Shown here piece after piece: positions 47,865 to 57,968 of a DNA stretch of 64,000 nucleotides (the stretch's first letter is position 1; the number at the start of each line of letters is the position of its first letter). Below the pieces are notes generated by a model. It was not told where the DNA came from. It saw nothing but the letters and a program-made list of their open reading frames with translations, and did not search any database. Where the stretch lies: positions 192,001 through 256,000 of the forward strand of contig CBDDFZ010000002.1 in assembly GCA_965227515.1 (NCBI GenBank), given 5' to 3'. Position numbers and translations under genes: made by a program. Source of the stretch: Alphaproteobacteria bacterium (GTDB lineage: Bacteria; Pseudomonadota; Alphaproteobacteria; CALKHQ01).

Positions 47865-48685
47865 TGATGAAGGTTTGGCATTTCTTCGCAGGCTTGGCGC
47901 GCGCGCTGCTGCCGATGTCGTTCATCAAGTGGCTGCGCGGCGACTACAAGTCGGTGCACGGCCGGCTGCACAACAAGTGGGAAGGCTTCAAGCTGTGGCT
48001 GTACCGGCTGAAGGGTGGCAGCTACATCGATTGGTATGCCAAACGCATGGATGGCTTCGCGGCCGAGGCCGCGGTCGATCCCGCGATCAAGCGCACCTAT
48101 CACGACAGCGGATCACAGGACCTGGAAACGCTGAGGCAGCTGGGCCTGGAGCCATCTCACCGGCTGCACGAGTTCGGCTGCGGGTTCCTGCGCAGCGCCC
48201 ACTACTTCGTGAGCTACCTGGAGCCGGGCAAGTTTTCCGGCAACGACGCCAGCGGCGAGCGGATCAAGAACGGGCTCGACTACGTCAAGAAGACCTATGG
48301 CTTCGACATGAAGTCGAAGGCGCCGAACCTGATCGCCAACAAGGACAACAGCTGGGACTGGCTGCCGGACAAGCCTGACATGATCTGGTGCTACGCCGTG
48401 TTCACCCACATGCCCGAAGACGACATCGAGGACGTGGTGCGAAACCTGCACAAGGTCCTGAAGCCGACCACCGGGTTCTATTTCACCTATTCCGAGAAGA
48501 CGGACCAGCGGCGGCCGGTGGAGCGCATGGGCGCGCAGGACTGGTGGCACAAGCAGTCCTACTTCGACGAACTCGCCGCGCGCCACGGCCTGAAGATCGA
48601 GCACGACATTCCCCATCTGGACGCGCAGCGGCAAGGGCAGGCCGATCACTACGTGACGCGGTTCTCGCGACTCTCCTTGGCGTGA
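47861..48685 (+). CDS. Class I SAM-dependent methyltransferase
   Basis: LHEFGCGFLR (motif I) and WCYAVFTHM motifs. Confidence 0.82.
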   Translation: MMMKVWHFFAGLARALLPMSFIKWLRGDYKSVHGRLHNKWEGFKLWLYRLKGGSYIDWYAKRMDGFAAEAAVDPAIKRTYHDSGSQDLETLRQLGLEPSHRLHEFGCGFLRSAHYFVSYLEPGKFSGNDASGERIKNGLDYVKKTYGFDMKSKAPNLIANKDNSWDWLPDKPDMIWCYAVFTHMPEDDIEDVVRNLHKVLKPTTGFYFTYSEKTDQRRPVERMGAQDWWHKQSYFDELAARHGLKIEHDIPHLDAQRQGQADHYVTRFSRLSLA

Positions 48686-48716
48686 ATTGTACGCAAGATA
48701 GCAACGGCTGGACGTC

Positions 48717-50606
48717 GTGAGCCAAAGACAAGTCATCCCGCCCGGCACCGAGCTGGAGAGCCGCAAAGGCTTGGCGGTCTATCGGACCAGCCTGCGCGTG
48801 GCTGGCATGAAGCCACGCTACGTGCTGACACTGCTGGCCTTCCAGTTTGCCAGTACGGTGTTTGAAAGCTTTGGGCTGTCGATGTTGTTGCCGGTCTTTC
48901 AGCTCATGGAAAGCGGGCAAGAAGCCTCTGTTCTGGCGGAGGACTCACGGTTCTGGCAGATCTTGATCGAATCCTATGCGTTTCTGGGCCTGGAGCCATC
49001 GATATTGACTTTGTTGGCGACAAGTTTCGTCGCCATCCTGGCCCGACAGGCATTTGTCTATGTGCGGCTGATTTACTTCGCGCGGTTACGCTTCGTGTTG
49101 ATCCAGCGATTGCGGGAGCGGGCGTTCCAGGCGTTCGTTTGGGCGCGGCTTGGCTACATCGAAAAGCAGGGCCTGGGCACCATTGTCAACGACTTGACCG
49201 TCGAGATGCAGGTGGCGGTGGAGTGCGCGATGGCCATCGTGCGCATGGCGGGCAATGTGGTGGTGTGTCTCGTCTACGTTGCGCTGCTGATGATGCTGTC
49301 GGTGCCCATTACGTTGGCGGCCTTGGCTGTTATGGCATTGGCGGCCGTTCCGGTCGCGTTGTTGCTGCGCGAGGGTCGCCAGGTCGGCAAGCAACTGGTG
49401 CAAGCCAATGCTGAGCTGCTGGGCTTCCTGTCCGAGCGCCTGAGGGCCATTCGCCTGATCCGATTGAGCGGCACCGGCGAGCCGGAAATGGCGAATATGC
49501 GCCGGCGAACGGGCCGCCAGTTCGATCGCTACATGCGTGGCTTCGTTCTGCAATCGCGCACCACCTTGTTGCTGGAGCCAATCGTTGCCGCGGCGGCGTT
49601 CGTGTTCTTGTACCTCGGGTCGTCGACGTTCGATCTGGACCTCGGTTCGATGGGCCTGTTTCTGCTGGTTCTCTTGCGGCTCGCCCCGATGGTGAAGGAA
49701 ATTCTGTCGCAACGGTTCTCGATCGCCAACTCCCTCGGCAGTGTCGAGCAGGTGGAACGCCGCATGGCCGGTCTGCGCGATGCCGCGGAGCCGGTTAACG
49801 ACGCAAAGCCGTTTCCGGGTTTCAGCCGGCAAGTGGAATTGCGCGATGTGGTGTTCGAGTATCCGGAGCAAGACACGGCGGCTCTGAAAGGCATCTCGGT
49901 TTCTATCCCGGCGGGCAGCATCACGGCACTCGTGGGCCCATCCGGCAGTGGCAAGTCGACACTGATCGATCTGCTGCCGCGCCTTCGAGAGCCGTCGGCC
50001 GGAGAGTTGTTGTACGACGGCGTGCCGGCAACGGCGTTCGACCTGACCAGCCTGCGACACGCGATATCCTATGCGCCGCAGGCACCGCAGATTTTCGATG
50101 TCACGGCGGCGGAGCACATCGGGTACGGCAGCACGGAGCCGGATCTCGAGTCGATCCAGAAGGCAGCGCAGCTTGCCGGGGCGCATGACTTCATCTGTGC
50201 ATTGCCGCGCGGCTACGACACCCTGCTGGGAGAGAACGGCGCCCGCCTGTCCGGCGGCCAGAAACAGCGACTGGATCTTGCGCGCGCGTTGCTGGCCCAC
50301 TCCAATCTGCTGATCCTGGACGAACCGACCAGTCAGTTGGATGCCGATTCCGAGTTCGCTTTTCGCGGCGCATTGGAGCGTATCCGCCTGGAAACGGACA
50401 TGACCATCGTTGTCGTGGCGCACCGGCTTTCGACGGTGACCATCGCCAACAAGATCGTGGTTCTGCGCGACGGCCAGGTCGAAGGTGTGGGAACCCATGC
50501 GGAACTGATCGCGGCTGGCGGATGGTATGCCGAGGCGTTTCGTCGGCAGCAGGGCGAGGCCGCGACGGGCAGCGACATCGTGGCGTCAATCAGCGTGCGT
50601 GCCTGA
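48717..50606 (+). CDS. ABC exporter, fused permease/ATPase (PglK/MsbA-like glycan flippase)
   Basis: N-terminal TM domain (ESFGLSMLLPV), GPSGSGKS, LSGGQKQR, LDEPTS and AHRLST motifs. Confidence 0.9.
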   Translation: MSQRQVIPPGTELESRKGLAVYRTSLRVAGMKPRYVLTLLAFQFASTVFESFGLSMLLPVFQLMESGQEASVLAEDSRFWQILIESYAFLGLEPSILTLLATSFVAILARQAFVYVRLIYFARLRFVLIQRLRERAFQAFVWARLGYIEKQGLGTIVNDLTVEMQVAVECAMAIVRMAGNVVVCLVYVALLMMLSVPITLAALAVMALAAVPVALLLREGRQVGKQLVQANAELLGFLSERLRAIRLIRLSGTGEPEMANMRRRTGRQFDRYMRGFVLQSRTTLLLEPIVAAAAFVFLYLGSSTFDLDLGSMGLFLLVLLRLAPMVKEILSQRFSIANSLGSVEQVERRMAGLRDAAEPVNDAKPFPGFSRQVELRDVVFEYPEQDTAALKGISVSIPAGSITALVGPSGSGKSTLIDLLPRLREPSAGELLYDGVPATAFDLTSLRHAISYAPQAPQIFDVTAAEHIGYGSTEPDLESIQKAAQLAGAHDFICALPRGYDTLLGENGARLSGGQKQRLDLARALLAHSNLLILDEPTSQLDADSEFAFRGALERIRLETDMTIVVVAHRLSTVTIANKIVVLRDGQVEGVGTHAELIAAGGWYAEAFRRQQGEAATGSDIVASISVRA

Positions 50607-51142
50607 TGGACGCGTTGGCAGCGTCGACATGGCCGCTTGAGACGGAGCGGATTCGGCTCTTGCCGTTTCAGGCTCACCACCTGACCGAGCGGTATGTCGG
50701 CTGGCTGAACGATCCTGTTGTCGTGCGTTACAGCGAGCAGCGCCATCGCCGTCACACATTGGAGAGCTGTGCGGAATATTTCCAAAGTTTCAGTAGCGGC
50801 CCGAGCCTGTTTCTCGCTATCGAGACCAAGTCGCCGCTGGATCATATCGGTAACATCACCGTCGATATCGATCCTCCAAATGCGCTCGCCGACATCTCGA
50901 TCATGATCGGTCACCGGGATGTGTGGGGGCGTGGCTACGGGCTGGAGGCGTGGCGCGGCGTCATGCATTGGCTGTTGGCACGCACCGATATCCGCAAAGT
51001 CACGGGCGGTGCGGTTGCGGCAAACCGAGCCATGATCAAGATCATGCAGCAGAGCGGTATGACCGAAGACGGCGTGCGGCGGGCGCACTTTGTCATCGGG
51101 GGCGTAGCCAACGACGTCATGCATTTTGCAGTAATCAAATAA
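50606..51142 (+). CDS. GNAT acetyltransferase, RimJ/RimL type (PseH candidate)
   Basis: YVGWLNDP, HIGNI, WGRGYG and NRAMIKI motifs. Confidence 0.85.
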   Translation: MDALAASTWPLETERIRLLPFQAHHLTERYVGWLNDPVVVRYSEQRHRRHTLESCAEYFQSFSSGPSLFLAIETKSPLDHIGNITVDIDPPNALADISIMIGHRDVWGRGYGLEAWRGVMHWLLARTDIRKVTGGAVAANRAMIKIMQQSGMTEDGVRRAHFVIGGVANDVMHFAVIK

Positions 51143-51261
51143 CGCAAGAGGTATATGGTGGTATTGAATTTTGTTCGGCACACCCTCGATACAGGAGGGG
51201 TTGTGTCTGTATTGGTCAATCCGGGGGCTGTTTCCAATGATATATGTTGTTGGGGTAGATA

Positions 51262-52095
51262 GTGGCGTCAAATATTCCGGTTCTCGTGGGGCATGTCAAA
51301 TCTGGCACCGCTTATATTGATGCCTCTGTTCGTGCGAGCTCGTTGGTAGATATATTTGGTGCAAATGAAGTGCGCGCGATGTCCCCTCAAGATATTATCG
51401 CGCGCGCTGAAGAGAGGCCCGTGTATGCATATCACCAGAACGCGCTGTTGATTCCTGAGTACCTGGAAAAGCTCAGAGAAATTGCGGGAGAGGGCCCGGT
51501 TTTTGTTATCTACAGAAATCCCATAGACGCCGCGCTCTCGATCGCGCGACAATTGATGCAAGGTCATGCGGGAGATATCGATGTTGGGCTGAAAAAGAAG
51601 ATATTCATGCCTGGGAATCCGTTGAACAATATGTTTGACAGCTTTATGTCGGGAGCCTTTCGTGAATTGATTGATGAGCGGTTTAATTACGTCAATTCGG
51701 CCAAGACAGTGAGGAGTGTCTTCCCTCTCTCCCAAATTAAAGAGTATCTGTTTGAGGACAGGGCGCGTGTGTTGGAGGACCTTGCCGGTGCACTCGGCTG
51801 CACACTCAGCCCGCTTGAACGGCCCGTCAATGTCTCCTATACGCCCCGCAACTGGCTGCTATACAAGATTATCAACTTTTCCTATTCAAGGATTACCAGG
51901 CGGGATTCGGGACAACTCCGCACTGCTGTGACAGATGGTGGGGCAACTGGACTGCTGGCCTTCATCTATCGACTGAATCAAAGGCCGCCGTCCACTCTGC
52001 TCAGTCCGGAAGAACGTCAACAAATATTATCGAATCTACCATTCAGTCTGTCTGAATTTTCCGACCTGACTGGATTGCGGCCTGATTGGACGTAG
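51262..52095 (+). CDS. AT-rich sulfotransferase-like protein
   Basis: VGHVKSGT (5'-PSB-like) and IYRNPIDAALS (3'-PB-like) PAPS-binding motifs; lower GC than the neighbours. Confidence 0.6.
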   Translation: MASNIPVLVGHVKSGTAYIDASVRASSLVDIFGANEVRAMSPQDIIARAEERPVYAYHQNALLIPEYLEKLREIAGEGPVFVIYRNPIDAALSIARQLMQGHAGDIDVGLKKKIFMPGNPLNNMFDSFMSGAFRELIDERFNYVNSAKTVRSVFPLSQIKEYLFEDRARVLEDLAGALGCTLSPLERPVNVSYTPRNWLLYKIINFSYSRITRRDSGQLRTAVTDGGATGLLAFIYRLNQRPPSTLLSPEERQQILSNLPFSLSEFSDLTGLRPDWT

Positions 52096-52154
52096 GGCCG
52101 CCACGTTCCAACCGATCCGCGGTTGCCGAGCCCCGCTCGGACAGCTCACTTGCC

Positions 52155-53762
52155 ATGCACGACAGTCAACCAATCGTCTTTACCCTGCTCAATCAGTTCG
52201 TGGACCTGATCGGAGGTTGCGCGCGCACGCTGCGGTCCGAGCACGGCATCGGCAGTATCCTGCTGCACACGGGTGGCCTGCCGAACCCGAATGTGTACGA
52301 CCTGAAGCCGGCCGATTTCGATCAGACGATCGACTATGTGCAGGAACTGCAACCGCGCCCGATCGATGGTGCGTCCGGCGGGCGCGCGATCTGCGAGGCC
52401 GCGCAGGCGGCGGAACGGCGCTACGGCTGCAGGATCGTCGAGCTGATCCGCGCCGACAGGCATCTGGGCCCGCAGTTCGCCAACGGCGCGGCGGTTCCGA
52501 CGTCGCGCTACGGGCGCCGGTTCAGCTACGAGCAGGCGGTCGATCTGGCGGTCCGCTTGCTGGCCTACTTTGACGACCTGATCGAGCGCACCAGCCCCCG
52601 GGTCATCGTCACGACCCCTGGCGATACGGCAAGGATGGCCCTCATTTCGGTTGCGGAACGTCGCGGCATACCCATTCGGCTGCCGAGCCAGAGCTACTCC
52701 AATGACGCGTTTCAATGGCGCGTGGACCGGTATTTCTGGCCTGCGAACCTGGCGCGCGCATTCGAGCAGACGGCAAACGACGCCAAGACCGATGCGGAGG
52801 TCGATGCGAACAGTGACGATGGTGCACGTGCGGTGCCGGACTCGAACCGCACGGCCTATGCCCGGCGCGAGCTTGCATCCGGGCAATCCATACTGGTGCC
52901 CATGCGCAGCTCGGCGCGCGCGATACGGCGCGAGGTGGGCAACGTCATCAAGCGGCGGTCGGTCGGCTATGGCGGCTACCGGCTGGGCGAGACCATCGCA
53001 ACGACGTTTGCAACCTGGCGCGCCAAGAAGCGCCTGGCACGCCTGGCGCCGAGCGGCGACAGCCTGCCCGGAGGCTGTTCCTACATTCTCTATCCCTTGG
53101 TGGTGGAGCCGGAAACGACGCTGCAGTGCGAATCCCCGATGGCCGACAACCAACTGACCATCATCGATTGGCTGGCAAAGTCGATTCCGGGCGGCTGGCG
53201 ACTGGTGGTGAAGGAGCACCCGGGATTCACCTATCCGCGGCCCGGCTACTTCTGGCAACAGATCCGGCGCTACCCGAATGTCGTTGTCGCCGCGCTGGGC
53301 GAGAGCGGGGAGCGGTTGGCTCAGGATGCCCGTATGGTGGCGGTGATCAATGGCACGCTCGGCATGCAGGCGGCCGCCGGTGGCGTGCCTGTGCTCACGT
53401 TCCACCCGCACTGGTGGGGGCGCTTTCTGCCGCATGTGGCCTTCGCCGGCAGCTACGAGGAAACGGCGGACGCGATCCGCAAGCTGGCCGACGATGCAAA
53501 CCTGCCGCCGGTGCCGGAGCGCCAGCGTCTGGGCCGGGCGCTGGAGCGTGCGCTCGACGTCGATGCGGTCCACCTGGAGGACCCGCGTATCCTGAACGAG
53601 AAGGCGCTTGGCGAGCCAACGCCGGAAGGGGATGTTCGCGCGATCCTGGAGGCGTTGTTCCACTCCTTGCGCGAAACCGACCAGGACAGGCAGGCGCCGT
53701 TCGACGAGCGCTCTGGCAACGAACAACCGATGGCGTCGCCGAAAATGCCGCAAATCGCATGA
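52155..53762 (+). CDS. KpsS/KpsC-like capsule biosynthesis protein (putative CMP-ulosonate transferase)
   Basis: YPLVVEPE, VVKEHP and INGTLGMQA...GVPV motifs. Confidence 0.7.
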   Translation: MHDSQPIVFTLLNQFVDLIGGCARTLRSEHGIGSILLHTGGLPNPNVYDLKPADFDQTIDYVQELQPRPIDGASGGRAICEAAQAAERRYGCRIVELIRADRHLGPQFANGAAVPTSRYGRRFSYEQAVDLAVRLLAYFDDLIERTSPRVIVTTPGDTARMALISVAERRGIPIRLPSQSYSNDAFQWRVDRYFWPANLARAFEQTANDAKTDAEVDANSDDGARAVPDSNRTAYARRELASGQSILVPMRSSARAIRREVGNVIKRRSVGYGGYRLGETIATTFATWRAKKRLARLAPSGDSLPGGCSYILYPLVVEPETTLQCESPMADNQLTIIDWLAKSIPGGWRLVVKEHPGFTYPRPGYFWQQIRRYPNVVVAALGESGERLAQDARMVAVINGTLGMQAAAGGVPVLTFHPHWWGRFLPHVAFAGSYEETADAIRKLADDANLPPVPERQRLGRALERALDVDAVHLEDPRILNEKALGEPTPEGDVRAILEALFHSLRETDQDRQAPFDERSGNEQPMASPKMPQIA

Positions 53763-54919
53763 GCCAGGCAGCTAACCCCACCGACCAGGGCCCGGCGATG
53801 GTGTATTGCAAACGCTGTCTGGAGCCGAGCACGCGGCCGGACTCGATCTTCGACGAGGAGGGCGTGTGCCTGCCGTGCCGTCTGCTCGAGACGGCGCACG
53901 AGATCGACTGGCAGGCGCGGATGGCCGACCTGGACCAGATCGTCGCCTGGGGCAAGGCGCGCAACGTCAGCGGTTACGACTGCATCATCCCGGTCAGCGG
54001 CGGCAAGGATTCGCACCGCCAGGCGATGTACTGCCGCGACGTGCTGGGCATGAAGGCGCTCCTGGTCTCGTGCGGCTATCCGCCGGAGCAGCAGACCGAG
54101 CGCGGCGCCCACAACATCGCCAATCTGATCAACCTTGGGTTCGACTGCATCTATGTCAGCCCGGCGCCGGAAACCTGGCGCCGCCTGATGCGCGCCGGCT
54201 TCTTCCGCTGGGGCAACATGTTCAAGTCGACCGAGCTCGCGCTCTACGCCAGCGCGCCGAAGATCGCCACCGCCTGGCACATCCCGCTGGTCGTCTATGG
54301 CGAGAATCCGTCGCTGTCCTGGGGCAGCGCCGGCGGCTCGATGAACGAGGACGCCAACCAGCTCCGCTTCTCCAACACGCTGCAGGGCGGCGATATCTCG
54401 TGGCTGCTGGAAGCTGGCTTCAACCTGAAGGAAATCTACTGGTATCGCTATCCGTCGGACCGCGACGTGCAGCGCGCCAATCTGCGCATGATCTACCTCG
54501 GCTACTTCATCGAGGACTTCAACGACGCCATGAACGGCAAGCTGGCGATGGAGTGGGGCTTGAAGCCGCGCGAGGGCGAGGACGCAATCCCCGAGGACAT
54601 CGGCCAGATCACCACCTATGACGCGCTGGACGACGACTTCGTCATCGTCAACCAGATGCTGAAGCAACTGAAGTTCGGGTTCGGCAAGGCGTCGGAGCAA
54701 TGCAGCGGGATGATCCGCAATGGCGAAATCACCCGCGAGAAGGGCGTGGAGTTGGCCAATCTCTACGACGGGCGCTGCGCGCATCGCTATCTGAAGGCGT
54801 TCTGCGACTATATCGGCGTCAGCGAGGATGAGTTCTGGGAGCAGGCCGAACGTTGGCGCAATCGCGACATCTGGGTGCAAGAGGGCAATACGTGGACGCT
54901 GCGCTATCCGCTGACGTGA
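53759..54919 (+). CDS. N-acetyl-sugar amidotransferase (WbuX/PseA family), copy 2
   Basis: CKRC...CLPC, YDCIIPVSGGKDS, YGEN and KFGFGKA motifs. Confidence 0.9.
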   Translation: MSQAANPTDQGPAMVYCKRCLEPSTRPDSIFDEEGVCLPCRLLETAHEIDWQARMADLDQIVAWGKARNVSGYDCIIPVSGGKDSHRQAMYCRDVLGMKALLVSCGYPPEQQTERGAHNIANLINLGFDCIYVSPAPETWRRLMRAGFFRWGNMFKSTELALYASAPKIATAWHIPLVVYGENPSLSWGSAGGSMNEDANQLRFSNTLQGGDISWLLEAGFNLKEIYWYRYPSDRDVQRANLRMIYLGYFIEDFNDAMNGKLAMEWGLKPREGEDAIPEDIGQITTYDALDDDFVIVNQMLKQLKFGFGKASEQCSGMIRNGEITREKGVELANLYDGRCAHRYLKAFCDYIGVSEDEFWEQAERWRNRDIWVQEGNTWTLRYPLT

Positions 54920-55584
54920 CGTCCCGGCTCACCCCCAGCCAGCGCCAGGCTCAGGCGGCGCTCGACCTGGTGATCGTCGACTACGGGCTGGCCAACCTGA
55001 CCTCGGTGGCGAATGCGCTCGCCCGGCTGGGCTGCGCGGCCGAGATCAGCGACGACCCGGCGCGGCTGGTGGATGCCGAGGCGATCCTGCTGCCCGGTGT
55101 CGGCAGCTTCGGCGAGGCCATCGGCGCCTTGCGCGCGCGCCGACTGGACGCGCCGCTGACCGAGGCGGTGATCGAGGGCGGCACGCCTTTTCTGGGCATC
55201 TGCCTCGGCCTGCAGTTGCTCGCCCGCCGCTCCGCCGAGCTTGGCGAGCACGAAGGCCTGGGCTGGATCGATGCCGATGTCGACTACGTGCCGGCCGATG
55301 CCGGGCGGGTGCCCCATGTCGGCTGGACCTCGATCGACTTCGACGACGACGATCCCCTGTTCCACGGTATCGACCGCGACGCCGCGTTCTATTTCGACCA
55401 TTCGCTGCACATGGCACCCCGCGAGCGCGTGCGCACGGCGACGGTGGACTATGGCGGCACGCTTGTCGCCGCGTTCACCCGGGACAATGTGATGGCGACC
55501 CAGTTCCATCCGGAAAAGAGCGACCGCAACGGGCTCAGGCTGCTGCGCAACTTCCTCAACATCTGCCTCGACGCGCGCCACTGA
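54916..55584 (+). CDS. hisH: HisH-like glutaminase, copy 2
   Basis: DYGLANL, LPGVGSF, GICLG and QFHPEKS motifs. Confidence 0.9.
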   Translation: MTSRLTPSQRQAQAALDLVIVDYGLANLTSVANALARLGCAAEISDDPARLVDAEAILLPGVGSFGEAIGALRARRLDAPLTEAVIEGGTPFLGICLGLQLLARRSAELGEHEGLGWIDADVDYVPADAGRVPHVGWTSIDFDDDDPLFHGIDRDAAFYFDHSLHMAPRERVRTATVDYGGTLVAAFTRDNVMATQFHPEKSDRNGLRLLRNFLNICLDARH

Positions 55585-55597
55585 TGGCCCAGGACTG

Positions 55598-56473
55598 ATG
55601 CCAAAGAAACGCGTCATCGCCGCCATCATCGTGCGCCAGGGCTGGGCGGTGCAGTCGTTCGGCTTCGCGCGTTGGCTGCCGGTCGGCCGGCCGGAGATCG
55701 CCGCCCGGTTCTTCGGGTCCTGGGGCGCGGACGAGATCGTGGTGCTCGATATCGATGCCAGCCGCGAAGGGCGGACCATCGACCCCGCCCTGGTGGCGCG
55801 GATCGCGCATCAGGTGCAGGTGCCGCTGACGGCCGGCGGCGGCCTGCGCAGCGCCGAAGATGTGCGCGAGGTGGTGCAGGCAGGCGCCGACAAGGTGGCG
55901 ATGAACCAGGCAGCGTTCGATGTGCCGGCAGGTGTGCACGAGGCGGTCGAGGCGTTCGGCACCCAGTGCATCATCGGCGCGATGGACGTGCGACGCGGCA
56001 GCGATGGTGTTGCGCGGGTGTTCGCGGGCAACGGCCAGGCGGACACCGGCCTCGACCCGGTCGCGCACGCCGCGGCCCTGGCCCGGTTGGGTGTCGGCGA
56101 GATCCTGGTCAACAGCATCGATCGCGATGGCGCTGGCGCTGGCTACGATACCGGGACCGCGCTGGCCGTGGCGCGCTCGGTCGCGATGCCGGTGATCGTG
56201 CTCGGCGGTGCCGGTCATCCGGCCCATCTGCACGATGTGCTGCGCCACGAGGAGATCGCGGCGGCGGCGGCGGCGAACTTCTTCAACCACACCGAACACG
56301 CCATCGGCACCGCCAAGGCGTGGCTGAAGGGTGCGGGCATCGACATTCGCCTGGAGAACTGGGCCGACTACAGCCAGTACCCGTTCGACGAGGGCCAGGG
56401 CCGGTTGCTGAAGAAGCCCGACGCGGTGCTGGACGACGAGATTTTCGAATTCGTCGCGCCCGAGGTAATTTGA
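55598..56473 (+). CDS. hisF: HisF-like (WbuZ/AglZ type) subunit, copy 2, with C-terminal extension
   Basis: GADEIVVLDI, GGGLRS, GADKV and SIDRDG motifs; about 35 extra C-terminal residues. Confidence 0.85.
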   Translation: MPKKRVIAAIIVRQGWAVQSFGFARWLPVGRPEIAARFFGSWGADEIVVLDIDASREGRTIDPALVARIAHQVQVPLTAGGGLRSAEDVREVVQAGADKVAMNQAAFDVPAGVHEAVEAFGTQCIIGAMDVRRGSDGVARVFAGNGQADTGLDPVAHAAALARLGVGEILVNSIDRDGAGAGYDTGTALAVARSVAMPVIVLGGAGHPAHLHDVLRHEEIAAAAAANFFNHTEHAIGTAKAWLKGAGIDIRLENWADYSQYPFDEGQGRLLKKPDAVLDDEIFEFVAPEVI

Positions 56474-56503
56474 CGGTGCGCGTTCTTTCCCAAAGCCCAA
56501 ATC

Positions 56504-56636
56504 GTCGCCCTCGCCCCCCGTGGCGAGGGCCCATGGCTAAGCCGTGCGCGTCATACGCCTCGTACAGCGCGGGCAAACAGGCAGGCGACCGGCGCTTGGC
56601 TCACACATGGGTCCTCGCCACAAGGGCGAGGACGAC
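56504..56636. repeat. REP-doublet (REPIN-like) element, copy 3
   Basis: GTCGCCCTCGCCCCCCGTGGCGAGGGCCCAT ... ATGGGTCCTCGCCACAAGGGCGAGGACGAC. Confidence 0.82.
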
Positions 56637-56660
56637 GAGGGGATTGGGCAAACCTACACA

Positions 56661-57968
56661 ATGAACTACTGCACCCGTTGCCTCTATCCGGCGAACCATC
56701 CGCTCGGCATCGTGCTGGACGATGCGGGCGTGTGCAGCGGTTGCCGGGTGCACGAGGAGAAGTACACCCTGGACTGGCAGGCGCGGTTCGAGCGTCTGCG
56801 CCGCCTGTTCGATGCCTACCGCAACAAGAGCGGCACGTCCTACGACTGCATCGTGCCGGTCACGGGCGCGCGCGACAGCTACTACATCGTTCACGTGGTC
56901 AAGCACCTGTGCGGCATGAACCCGCTGCTGGTCGCCTACAACCGGCATTACAACACCGAGCGCGGCATCCGGAACCTGTCCTACCTGCGCACGGTCATGG
57001 ATTGCGACCTGCTGCAGCAGGTGGTGTCGCCTGAGATCGTCAAGCGGGTCAGCCGAGAAACGCTTGCGCGCATCGGCTCGCTGCATTGGCACGCCCTGGC
57101 CGGCCACACCGTGTGGCCGGTGCAGGTGGCGGTCAGGCTGCGCATTCCGCTGATCGTGTGGGGCGCGCATCAGGGCCTGGACCAGGTCGGCATGTACACC
57201 CATGGCCAAGAGGTCGAGATGACCCGCAAGTACCGGATGGAGCACGACCTGATGGGCGTGGAGGCGGAGGACCTGGTCGACGGCATGGAGGGTCTGACCG
57301 ACCACGACATGACGCCGTTCAAGTATCCGCATGACCGCCAACTCTCGAAGGTCGGCGTGCGCGGCATCTACCTCGGCAACTACATTCCTTGGGACTCCAA
57401 GCGCCAGCACGAGGACATGCAGGCGCTCTACGACCACGAGTTCGCGCCGCAGCAGCGCACCTTCGACACCTACAACGACGTCGATTGCCAGCACTACAGC
57501 GGGCTGCACGACTGGATAAAGTTCGCCAAGTGGGGCTATGGCAAGGTGACGGACCACGCCAGCCGCGAGATTCGCCTGAAGCGGATGAGCCGCGAGGAAG
57601 GCATCGACATGGTCGCGCGCTACAGCCAGGTCGAGCCGCGCGACCGCCGGCAGTGGCTGGACTGGCTGGAGCTGGACGATGCCACCTTCGACGCGTCCGT
57701 GGACCGGTGCCGCGACCCGCGCATCTGGACACGCGCCGATGATGGCGGTTGGCGGCTGATGGACCACATCGGCAACCACCGCAACGATCCCGGGGTCGAG
57801 GCGGCGCGGCTGGAACGCGCCGAGGACACGTGCGCGTTTCGCGTGACCCCGTCGAAGGACCCCGAGGCCGACGAGAGCGAGTACGTTCTGATGACCAAGG
57901 GCTACGTGCTGGGCCACCCGGCCACCAACCGGACGGCTGGCCGGGAACAACCGTCGAGGCTGCCATGA
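56661..57968 (+). CDS. N-acetyl-sugar amidotransferase (WbuX/PseA family), copy 3, with variant PP-loop
   Basis: CTRC...CSGC, YDCIVPVTGARDS and KWGYGKVTDHA motifs. Confidence 0.88.
   Translation: MNYCTRCLYPANHPLGIVLDDAGVCSGCRVHEEKYTLDWQARFERLRRLFDAYRNKSGTSYDCIVPVTGARDSYYIVHVVKHLCGMNPLLVAYNRHYNTERGIRNLSYLRTVMDCDLLQQVVSPEIVKRVSRETLARIGSLHWHALAGHTVWPVQVAVRLRIPLIVWGAHQGLDQVGMYTHGQEVEMTRKYRMEHDLMGVEAEDLVDGMEGLTDHDMTPFKYPHDRQLSKVGVRGIYLGNYIPWDSKRQHEDMQALYDHEFAPQQRTFDTYNDVDCQHYSGLHDWIKFAKWGYGKVTDHASREIRLKRMSREEGIDMVARYSQVEPRDRRQWLDWLELDDATFDASVDRCRDPRIWTRADDGGWRLMDHIGNHRNDPGVEAARLERAEDTCAFRVTPSKDPEADESEYVLMTKGYVLGHPATNRTAGREQPSRLP

Noticed and set aside
15641-56636. CRISPR repeats
   Set aside because: The 30-nt palindromes occur as dispersed inverted pairs, not direct-repeat arrays, and there are no cas genes
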